Shown piece by piece: positions 1-6,644 of a stretch of 32,000 bases of DNA (position 1 is the stretch's first letter; every line of letters starts with the position of its first letter). Below the pieces are notes generated by a model. That model was not told the origin of the DNA. It made no database searches and saw only the letters and a list, made by a program, of their open reading frames with translations. Source of the stretch: Dickeya dadantii NCPPB 898. GTDB taxonomy: Bacteria > Pseudomonadota > Gammaproteobacteria > Enterobacterales > Enterobacteriaceae. A program made the position numbers and the translations under genes. Where the stretch lies: contig NZ_CM001976.1 of the NCBI RefSeq assembly GCF_000406145.1, positions 3,071,337-3,103,336 of the forward strand, read 5' to 3'.

Positions 1-315
1 AAATCACATTATTAGTGTATTAATTTAATATTGAGAGCATCATCTATATGCAAATAGAATAACCATTATATTTAATAGCAGATAAAAATATTGCCACGCT
101 GATGCCTTGCCGTCACCGTGACCGACAATGCCGATTGTCCATCCCCGCATTACCGCATCCTGTGTTTGCTGATAACTGAGCCATCACCCATCGCTGCCCA
201 TCGCCATACGTCAACTGGTTTAATAACGGGCATATAACGCGAGACAACGCGTGAAAACATCCTGTTATCTCCGCCGTTATTACTCTGCCTGAAAAACCAA
301 CGACTGGACTCACAC

Positions 316-627
316 ATGAATGAAACTGATAAAAGCATCGTCTCTCTATTTATCATCGGCACACTGATTGCCGCCGGCAAAGTGCTGGCGAGCAGTGAGC
401 CCATCACACTGCGGCTGTTTATTGGTCGCGTGATGCTGGGAGGTTTTGTCTCAATGATGGCAGGCATTGCGCTGGTACAGTTCCCTGACCTGTCGCCCGT
501 TGCTATCAACGGCATTGGCGCCGCACTGGGCATCGCCGGCTACCAAACTATCGAACTGCTTATCCAACGCCGTGTTCGCCAGTTGGGCAAAAAAAACACA
601 CCGGAGAAAAATAACGATGCTCAATAA
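316..627 (+). CDS. phage-type holin, three predicted TM segments
   Basis: ATG at 316, 103 aa. Hydrophobic stretches are SIVSLFIIGTLIAAGKVLA, LRLFIGRVMLGGFVSMMAGIALV and VAINGIGAALGIAGYQTIELLI, followed by a basic/polar tail (RRVRQLGKKNTPEKNNDAQ). The 3' end overlaps the endolysin ATG by 11 nt. It is the first gene in a holin-endolysin-spanin order. The SD is weak. Confidence 0.75.
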   Translation: MNETDKSIVSLFIIGTLIAAGKVLASSEPITLRLFIGRVMLGGFVSMMAGIALVQFPDLSPVAINGIGAALGIAGYQTIELLIQRRVRQLGKKNTPEKNNDAQ

Positions 628-1105
628 TCCTAACCTTATTGCGTTTTTGGACATGCTGGCTTTTTCCGAAGGGACCGCAACACATCCGCTCACCGGTAAT
701 CGCGGCTACGATGTCATTGTTACCGGGATTGATGGCAAACCAGAGATTTTCACCGATTACCGGGATCATCCATTCGCCAATGGCCGTCCGGGAAAAATCT
801 TCAATAAGCAGGGACAGCGCTCCACCGCTGCCGGGCGCTATCAACAGCTCTACCGCTACTGGCCAGCCTACAAAACACAGTTGGCGTTGCCGGATTTCGG
901 ACCTGATTCGCAGGATACGCTGGCGATCCAGCTGATTCGGGAGCAACGCGCGTTGGACGACATTATGCAAGGCCGGCTTACCAGCGCCATTACCCGATGC
1001 AACAACATCTGGGCTTCGCTGCCGGGGGCTGGCTATGGTCAGCGTGAGCATAACGCCGAGCGGCTGATCGCCGTGTACCGGCAAGCGGGCGGAAAACTGG
1101 CATGA
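617..1105 (+). CDS. R: endolysin, phage lambda R-like lytic transglycosylase (162 aa)
   Basis: I chose the internal ATG at 617 of ORF 467..1105. From there the protein aligns (from memory) end to end with lambda R: AFLDMLAFSEGT (catalytic Glu), GYDVIV, FTDYRDHP, AAGRYQ, NIWASLPGAGYGQREH. The 50 aa upstream are Arg/Ser/Cys-rich and overlap the holin frame. Confidence 0.9.
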   Translation: MLNNPNLIAFLDMLAFSEGTATHPLTGNRGYDVIVTGIDGKPEIFTDYRDHPFANGRPGKIFNKQGQRSTAAGRYQQLYRYWPAYKTQLALPDFGPDSQDTLAIQLIREQRALDDIMQGRLTSAITRCNNIWASLPGAGYGQREHNAERLIAVYRQAGGKLA

Positions 1106-1542
1106 AAAGCGCCATGATCATCGCTGCCATCATGATGACGCTTAGCGCTGGGGTCGGCGTGCAGTCCTGGCGGTTGCACAACACCCGCCAGTTAACCGAA
1201 CAGCAAGCGCAGACACTGTCGTTGCAACAGACCGCGCTGGATGAAAAATCCGGCCAGTTGAAAGCATTGTCCGAGCAAGCTGAACGCAACAATCTTGAGC
1301 AGGCGCGGCTGCGCGACATGGCCGCCGAGACGCAGGCAGCGCTCTCTGAACGGCAAAAAATGGTGATGAGGTTACAACATGAAAACGACGCGCTTAAACG
1401 CTGGGCTGACACTGACCTGCCTGCTGATATTATCCGGCTGCGTCAGCACCCCGCCTTCGCCGGTGGTCGCGCTTACCGTGAATGGTTGTCCCAGACTGAC
1501 GCCATGTCGGTTCCCGGCGGCCAGTCCGCAAACCAACGGTGA
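1102..1542 (+). CDS. Rz: i-spanin (Rz-like inner-membrane spanin subunit)
   Basis: ATGA start/stop overlap with the endolysin. It has an N-terminal TM segment (AMIIAAIMMTLSAGVGV) followed by a Gln/Glu/Ala/Leu-rich helical periplasmic region. A +1-frame lipoprotein gene starts inside it. Confidence 0.8.
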   Translation: MKSAMIIAAIMMTLSAGVGVQSWRLHNTRQLTEQQAQTLSLQQTALDEKSGQLKALSEQAERNNLEQARLRDMAAETQAALSERQKMVMRLQHENDALKRWADTDLPADIIRLRQHPAFAGGRAYREWLSQTDAMSVPGGQSANQR

Positions 1543-1717
1543 GCTGAATAGTCTGCTGGATGAAACTGAAGCTGCGCTGGCGACTTGCGCCGACCAGGTG
1601 GATGCCATTATTGCCTGCCAGGCAAAAAGCGATGCAACGCCCGGCGCCACTGTCGCATCAGGGAAACAAACGGGCAAACAGGATTCGACAGGAATTGGTA
1701 CGCCGGCGCCACAATGA
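1379..1717 (+). CDS. Rz1: o-spanin (Rz1-like outer-membrane lipoprotein), overlapped architecture
   Basis: The ORF starts inside Rz in the +1 frame. Signal peptide and lipobox are MKTTRLNAGLTLTCLLILSG|C, and the mature N-terminus is Pro-rich (STPPSPVV). It runs 175 nt beyond the Rz stop, giving an unusually long 112 aa. Confidence 0.75.
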   Translation: MKTTRLNAGLTLTCLLILSGCVSTPPSPVVALTVNGCPRLTPCRFPAASPQTNGELNSLLDETEAALATCADQVDAIIACQAKSDATPGATVASGKQTGKQDSTGIGTPAPQ

Positions 1718-2109
1718 TCTCGTCTTTAAGGCCGGGTAAGCCATTGGAAGATAACGTTGGGAAACGATGTTTCAGACTTGGATGTCAGGGCGACTGAGCC
1801 AGGAAACTGAGGTATTCCCATTCAAGTCAGTCGCTCATAGCTCCCCCCCAAATCAGGTCGTGTTTTCTCTGGTGCCGTCAGGCCGTTATCAAAGAGTTCG
1901 CTATTTATAAGCCTATGCTTTTTCGTTCGGCCGCACAGCTTTTCTCTGACAGAACCTTTCAACGAATTTTTATGCTTTTCAGAACAGTGCATTGGGGTCG
2001 CAGGTGTTGTCTGAATATTCATCTTTACGGGAACAAAGGTAAAAGCAGGGCTGGAAGTAATGCCCGATCCAGTGGTTACGCTATTGCAATAGGCCTGCCG
2101 CGGCGGCAA

Positions 2110-2132
2110 TAAAAAACCGCCCGAAGGCGGCC
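2110..2132 (-). terminator. rho-independent terminator of the 65-aa ORF
   Basis: On the minus strand: GC stem ccgcc/ggcgg (about 2117-2130) with a 4-nt loop, followed by a run of 6-7 T (the A-run at 2110-2116 on plus). It sits about 20 nt after the stop at 2150. Confidence 0.7.
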
Positions 2133-2149
2133 ATCACGCGTCGAGATAA

Positions 2150-2347
2150 TTAATCGTTCTCTAACGCACGCTGAATGATATCGGCGGTTTGAGTGATTCT
2201 AGTACTGATCGCATCCAGAGCAACTTGCACACCACTTTCGCTGGCACCCTCTTTGATGATTTCGAGGATAGCGGAGACGACTATCTCTCTTTTCTCTTCA
2301 TCACTTCTTGCGACATCATGTTGATCATAAAAATAATTCTTAAGCAT
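2150..2347 (-). CDS. small acidic helical protein, 65 aa, function unknown (weak resemblance to YmgB/AriR-type connector proteins, from memory)
   Basis: The ATG is preceded by AAGGAG at about 7 nt, and a dedicated terminator lies immediately downstream. The composition looks coding (MLKNYFYDQHDVARSDEEKREIVVSAILEIIKEGASESGVQVALDAISTRITQTADIIQRALEND). Confidence 0.6.
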   Translation of the reverse strand: MLKNYFYDQHDVARSDEEKREIVVSAILEIIKEGASESGVQVALDAISTRITQTADIIQRALEND

Positions 2348-2823
2348 AAGGGCTCCTTTTCATTATCAATGGGCGCAGCATATCGCTAAGATTATTCCGG
2401 ATAAAGCATTATCATAGGTAATCAATGAATGCTTGTTGTTATTTCACGCATTTACATGCCCTCTCCTGTTCAATCATTGAACTAAACGCACGGGAAAACC
2501 GTTTTGACTATAAGCACCGGAGCAAAGGCAGCGTGGCCGGCATACCGCCAAAAACACTGGCGATTATGCGCCGAATGGCAAGTAGTGCATCTGCGTTTTG
2601 ATTTCACGTTCTGAAAGCAAAGGGGTTTCTGATTGGGAGGGACATTAGCAAAGGAACAGGCGATATCTGGACACATGACAATCAGCCAAACGGCACGATA
2701 CGACCGCAAAATACCGATTGTGCTGGCGGTCGGCGGTCAGAATAAACAATTAAAGTAAGTGCATATCTAACGATGAAGAAAAATCATTTTAGGAAAAATA
2801 TTAGGAAAAGAGAATTGCAGGCA

Positions 2824-2846
2824 CAAAAAAACCGCCTCGTGGCGGT
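2824..2846 (-). terminator. rho-independent terminator of the tRNA operon
   Basis: On the minus strand: stem accgcc/ggcggt (2831-2846) with a 4-nt loop, followed by a 7-T run (A-run 2824-2830 on plus). It lies about 45 nt downstream of the tRNA-Leu 3' end. Confidence 0.7.
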
Positions 2847-2890
2847 CATGTTCTTTAAATTATTTTATTATTCATCAAGGCGTTAGCACA

Positions 2891-2977
2891 TGGTGCCCAG
2901 AGCGGGACTTGAACCCGCACAGCGCGAACGCCGAGGGATTTTAAATCCCTTGTGTCTACCGATTCCACCATCTGGGC
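2891..2977 (-). tRNA. leuZ: tRNA-Leu (anticodon UAA), 87 nt with long variable arm and encoded CCA
   Basis: The reverse complement reads GCCCAGATGGTGGAATCGGTAGACACAAGGGATTTAAAATCCCTCGGCGTTCGCGCTGTGCGGGTTCAAGTCCCGCTCTGGGCACCA. It is near-identical to my recollection of E. coli leuZ. The anticodon loop is TT-TAA-AA. Confidence 0.97.
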
Positions 2978-2985
2978 TCAGATTT

Positions 2986-3059
2986 TGGAGGCGCGTCCCG
3001 GAGTCGAACCGAGGTGGACGGATTTGCAATCCGCTGCATGGCCACTCTGCCAACGCGCC
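2986..3059 (-). tRNA. cysT: tRNA-Cys (anticodon GCA), 74 nt with encoded CCA
   Basis: The reverse complement reads GGCGCGTTGGCAGAGTGGCCATGCAGCGGATTGCAAATCCGTCCACCTCGGTTCGACTCCGGGACGCGCCTCCA. The anticodon loop is TT-GCA-AA. An 8-nt spacer separates it from tRNA-Leu, as in a cysT-leuZ operon. Confidence 0.97.
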
Positions 3060-3106
3060 TTACCTTGATTACTGCTAAATCGATTTCTAGTGGGAAACGA
3101 GACTAA

Positions 3107-3134
3107 AATTTAACTCATAACCCTTTGTTTTCAA
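3107..3134 (-). promoter_or_regulatory. candidate sigma70 promoter for the tRNA pair
   Basis: On the minus strand: -35 TTGAAA (3129-3134), 16-nt spacer, -10 TAAATT (3107-3112), about 45 nt upstream of the tRNA-Cys 5' end. This is a pattern match only. Confidence 0.3.
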
Positions 3135-3375
3135 ATCGTTTTTCGCATCCTGCTTAACAGGATGGACGGCATTATGGACTAACTCTGAGTATATGGCAAG
3201 ACCCTTTATGCAATTTTTTCCTATAAGCATTTATGCAAAATGCCCGCCTATCCTTCACCTTCCGAGCTCCACAAACCTGGCGCTTTCACAGAACCTTGAG
3301 CGTACCCTACCAGACTGGCGCCCTCCTTTCCCAACCATGGTCATCTCATGCCATGCAGTGGCCGGCAACGCGCTA

Positions 3376-4791
3376 TTACTGTGTATCCGGCTGTTTCGCA
3401 GATGATTGTGTCATTGGGGGATACAGTCTGGAGCTTTCCCAATCGATCCGCTCAAACAAAATAATAGTAATAGCTGCCATTAATAGGTTTGTTATAGGAA
3501 ATGCCCACCACAGGCCGGAGATACCTAGCGAAGTATAGTGGGATAATCCCCATGCCAGCGGGATCTGCACCAGCCATTGAGAAATCAGCGCCAGCGTCAT
3601 GGTCGTCATGGTGCGTCCTGTGGCGCGAAAAGCACCATTTAGAGCCATCTGCAATCCAATCAACCCATAGCTTGGCGCGATGATATGAAAGAAAAGCGTC
3701 CCGTGATTAATAACCTGGGTCTGTTCGGGCGCAAATAAACCAATAATATCAGGCGCAAAAGCGAATCCTGTCAGGCCAATCATTGTCAGTGTTAAAAATG
3801 AGATCGTTGCGCTTAAACGCCCAATCGCACGCGCACGCTCAAATTTTCCCGCCCCAACATTTTGTCCAACCAGTGTTGCGGTGGCGATTGACATGCCAAT
3901 AGCCGGTACAATAACCAGCGCATTAATATTAATCACCACACCGTAGGCTGCCGTAACCGCCGTTCCCAGCTCGGTCACCAGAGACATCATGCCACTTGCA
4001 CCCAATGCATGAGCACAGAGTTCAATTGACGCAGGCATTCCCAGCCGAACGACAGATTTAACCATATCGAATCTGGGTTTCATCGCGCGGAAATAAATCT
4101 TAAGGCTGATACGGCTGAAACGTAAGGCCAAAAATCCTGCTACCATCGCAATGCCTTGATTAATGAGAGTAGCGATACCAGCACCCGTTACGCCAAATGC
4201 GGGAATAATCCCATAACCAAAGATAAATAGCGGATCCATGATGGCGTTGAGAATCAGCGTACCCAGCGTGATCAATAATGGAATACGGACTTCGCCCGCG
4301 CCCCTCATCAGGGATTGCAGCATCGCAAAGCCAAAGGTAAATACCAGACCACTGATGAGAACGCGCAAAAAGCTGAGTGCAAGAGGAAATACATCTTCCT
4401 GCGTACCGAGCGTATGCAACATCCAGGGCGTAAGAAAATATCCTACCACCGAGATAGGTATTGAAAATAGCAATGACAACATGAATACCTGGGCCGCAAT
4501 AGCGTTGGCATCGCGATGCAAGCGGGCTCCAATACACTGCGCGACCAGTGTCGTACCCGCTATGCTCAAGCCAATACCTAAAGCAAAAGCCAGAAAAATT
4601 ATAGGCTGGCTTACCGATATTGCCGCGACGGCTTTATCCCCCAAACGCCCCACCCAGAAAGCATCGGTCATGATGTATCCGGACTGTAACAGATTGGCCA
4701 AAATAACGGGCACGCCCATCTTTATCAGCGAGCGTAATATCGAACCTTGCAACAAGGTGTTTGATGTTTCACTGGAGAGTTCAGAAGACAA
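3376..4791 (-). CDS. MATE-family multidrug/metabolite efflux transporter (471 aa)
   Basis: The protein has about 12 hydrophobic segments with N- and C-halves of similar pattern and a typical MATE N-terminus (ILRSLIKMGVPVILANLLQSGYIMTDAFWVGRLG). The start is TTG at 4791, preceded by AAGGGA at about 7 nt. It is the last gene of the co-directional cluster. Confidence 0.9.
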   Translation of the reverse strand: MSSELSSETSNTLLQGSILRSLIKMGVPVILANLLQSGYIMTDAFWVGRLGDKAVAAISVSQPIIFLAFALGIGLSIAGTTLVAQCIGARLHRDANAIAAQVFMLSLLFSIPISVVGYFLTPWMLHTLGTQEDVFPLALSFLRVLISGLVFTFGFAMLQSLMRGAGEVRIPLLITLGTLILNAIMDPLFIFGYGIIPAFGVTGAGIATLINQGIAMVAGFLALRFSRISLKIYFRAMKPRFDMVKSVVRLGMPASIELCAHALGASGMMSLVTELGTAVTAAYGVVININALVIVPAIGMSIATATLVGQNVGAGKFERARAIGRLSATISFLTLTMIGLTGFAFAPDIIGLFAPEQTQVINHGTLFFHIIAPSYGLIGLQMALNGAFRATGRTMTTMTLALISQWLVQIPLAWGLSHYTSLGISGLWWAFPITNLLMAAITIILFERIDWESSRLYPPMTQSSAKQPDTQ

Positions 4792-4826
4792 GACGTAATC
4801 CCTTACTGTAAATGGTTATGGAAAGC

Positions 4827-4931
4827 TTACCGTCATATCAAATAAATCGAGCGCAATCAGATGGCGACACCATCATGGCGCCATACCGGAAGCCAGGAAG
4901 CCTGAGTGATCAATCATTACCGTCTTATCCA
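4827..4931. repeat. two copies of a 15-bp direct repeat in the MaoC-MATE intergenic region
   Basis: TTACCGTCATATCAA (4827-4841) and TTACCGTCTTATCCA (4917-4931) share 13/15 identity and start 90 bp apart, upstream of the MATE start. Confidence 0.5.
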
Positions 4932-5009
4932 GAACGGGATATCAAAAACAAAGTTCATGCATTGCGCATCCGGCAATATAATTTCATCACTGTGTAATTA
5001 TTAATACGA

Positions 5010-5552
5010 TTAAGGCGATGCAGAGCAATCGCTCACCCGAAAAACAAGAAGCTTGCCGATTAGTTCCTGACGAGTTCTGTTATCCTGACCCAACGTACAA
5101 ATATGAATACTCATTAATGCTCTGTCCGGTTTGGCGGAAGATATATCTATTGCAGTAATTTTTGCTTTTATTCGTAATATATCGCCTGGTCGTGTAGGCC
5201 GAAGCCAGTTGATCTTCTCAACCCCAGTGCCAATAATGCCATGCGCCAGAGGTAAGCTTTTAACCAGTAGATTCATGGTAATACTTACCGTGTGCCACCC
5301 GCTTGCGGCCAGCCCTCTGAAGATGGAGTCTTTTGCCAGCCTATCGTCCATATGAAAAGGCTGCGGGTCATACTTCATCGAAAACTCGGTGATTTCATCC
5401 ACACTGACATGATATTCAGAGCTATAAAAGACCTGACCGACTTTAAGGTCATCGAAATACAGTTTCGATGGTGTTACATCCCTCACCTCGCTTCCTGTAA
5501 CGTATTCCTCAACACTACTCAAATAGTCGTTTGAATAATTTTCATCATGCAT
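5010..5552 (-). CDS. MaoC-like hot-dog fold (R)-specific enoyl-thioester hydratase/dehydratase (180 aa)
   Basis: The ATG is preceded by GGGAGG. MaoC-type features include DPQPFHMD, FRGLAASGWHT and a C-terminal hot-dog beta-sheet region. Local GC is low (26/60 in the line 5161-5220). Confidence 0.85.
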   Translation of the reverse strand: MHDENYSNDYLSSVEEYVTGSEVRDVTPSKLYFDDLKVGQVFYSSEYHVSVDEITEFSMKYDPQPFHMDDRLAKDSIFRGLAASGWHTVSITMNLLVKSLPLAHGIIGTGVEKINWLRPTRPGDILRIKAKITAIDISSAKPDRALMSIHICTLGQDNRTRQELIGKLLVFRVSDCSASP

Positions 5553-5662
5553 ATTAAATCGCCTCCCTTACCAACATGAATATATATTCCGGATGCTAAC
5601 AGCCAAGTACCCCGATGCGCCGTATTTCCCATACGCCACAGTCGATTAAAATTAGAAACAGT

Positions 5663-6388
5663 CTATGAAAAAGCCATCCAACCTGTTTTATTTTTAACTC
5701 GCCTCATACGAAATTTTGCAAAATTTTCCGCATTGTCGAAAAACAAATAAATGTTATAACGAAACACCTGTGCAAACGTTAACCCGGGTGGATACACATA
5801 ACTGTGCCCAGGATAAATGCGGGCCTTTTCGGGTAACATCGCTTTAAGACGTTCAATACTCGAAAATAAGCTTGCCGCATCCGCATAATTGGAACACAGC
5901 CCGCAGCCCTCAATGAACAGCGTATCGCCAGTAAAGACGTGCGGACCGATCCAATAACAAGTACTTCCCGACGTATGGCCCGGCGTAATGATCGGGCGAA
6001 TAAGCATCCCCGCCGCTTCCCAGGAGCGATCTTCAAACATACGCATTGCTGGAATACAGAATCCCGAAGATTCCGCCTCCTTACGTGATATCCACACCGG
6101 GCAACCATGTTTATTCGCCAAAGACTCAGCAAGATCAATATGGTCAGGATGAGCATGGGTGATCAATATTCCCACAAGCTCTGCATTAGCATGCTTCAAC
6201 GCGGTTTCCAGTGTGTCTATTTCCCATGCCGGATCAATCAGCAACGCCTGGTTCAGGCGGCGGTTAAGCACCATATAGTTGTTATTGATAAAGCGACCAC
6301 GGCGAACCTTGAGTGTCGTCACCGCGATATCGTCTGATGACATCGCGCACGCTAACGCCGACGACGTCACCTTATTTTTCAGCCACAT
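5663..6388 (-). CDS. metallo-beta-lactamase-fold hydrolase, glyoxalase-II-like (241 aa)
   Basis: It carries the zinc motif ILITHAHPDHIDL (HxHxDH), a later TPGHTSGS, and GDTLF / PGHSY elements. GGAG lies about 9 nt upstream of the ATG. Confidence 0.85.
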   Translation of the reverse strand: MWLKNKVTSSALACAMSSDDIAVTTLKVRRGRFINNNYMVLNRRLNQALLIDPAWEIDTLETALKHANAELVGILITHAHPDHIDLAESLANKHGCPVWISRKEAESSGFCIPAMRMFEDRSWEAAGMLIRPIITPGHTSGSTCYWIGPHVFTGDTLFIEGCGLCSNYADAASLFSSIERLKAMLPEKARIYPGHSYVYPPGLTFAQVFRYNIYLFFDNAENFAKFRMRRVKNKTGWMAFS

Positions 6389-6644
6389 AGCACCTACTCC
6401 AAACCGTCAATGGCAAAAGGCATTATTTCCCGACCGGGAATCACAACCAGACATCGTTATTTAAGGAACAGCACGGTAATTTGGATCTCGTATTATCCCC
6501 TGCACCTGACGGAATAACGGCATCTATGCCTAACCATTTAGTGACGCCGGCAATCCAATTCCGGCGATACCGACGGTACTATGCCGATATCGTCGAACCT
6601 ATTTCTGGTTATTTTAATACTGTCATTAGTCCATTCTCCCAGGC

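Larger units (their letters stand above)
316..1717 (+). mobile_element. lambda-type lysis cassette (holin-endolysin-Rz/Rz1): prophage remnant or domesticated module
   Basis: Four genes in canonical order with overlapping junctions (617/627 and an ATGA at 1102-1105). AT-rich DNA lies upstream. No recognisable phage gene follows in 1718-2890. Confidence 0.6.

Noticed and set aside
113-533. Minus-strand ORFs 113..313 and 150..533 upstream of and over the holin.
   Set aside because: They have no SD, an odd Cys/Arg/Met-rich composition, and overlap a well-supported + strand holin. The region is more likely a promoter or leader.
467-616. A 50-aa N-terminal extension of the endolysin ORF (start at 467).
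   Set aside because: The extension overlaps the holin frame and is Arg/Ser/Cys-rich. The homology to lambda R begins exactly at the ATG at 617.
1822-2112. ORFs 1822..2109 (-) and 1915..2112 (+) between Rz1 and the small-ORF terminator.
   Set aside because: They have no SD, no recognisable family and a low-complexity basic composition. The minus ORF would start inside the terminator of the neighbouring gene. I kept the region only as unexplained non-coding DNA.
2482-2709. Minus-strand 75-aa ORF.
   Set aside because: It is Cys/Arg/Phe-rich with no SD and no motifs. I looked for integrase-like remnants here because of the tRNA but could not recognise any by eye.
2773-2886. A 37-aa + strand ORF (MKKNHFRKNIRKRELQAQKNRLVAVMFFKLFYYSSRR) that looks like a small basic/hydrophobic toxin.
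   Set aside because: It has no SD, it runs through the tRNA-operon terminator hairpin, and its reading frame is probably fortuitous in AT-rich DNA.
3146-3164. Perfect 7-bp hairpin CATCCTG-cttaa-CAGGATG between the MATE gene and the tRNA promoter, considered as a terminator.
   Set aside because: No T-run follows it on either strand, and it lies about 210 nt from the MATE stop. It may be a structural or processing element, but I cannot support calling it a terminator.
3193-3538. + strand ORFs 3193..3405 and 3233..3538.
   Set aside because: They have no SD, a Pro/Ser/Leu-rich composition, and overlap the 3' end of the MATE gene on the opposite strand.
4160-4798. Alternative-frame ORFs inside the MATE gene (4160..4537 -, 4238..4798 +).
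   Set aside because: The 471-aa frame has coherent transmembrane periodicity throughout, and the alternatives do not.
4812-4997. A 61-aa + strand ORF with an internal SLPSY...SLPSY repeat.
   Set aside because: The peptide repeat is simply the translation of the 15-bp DNA direct repeat. There is no SD, so I treat it as regulatory DNA rather than a gene.
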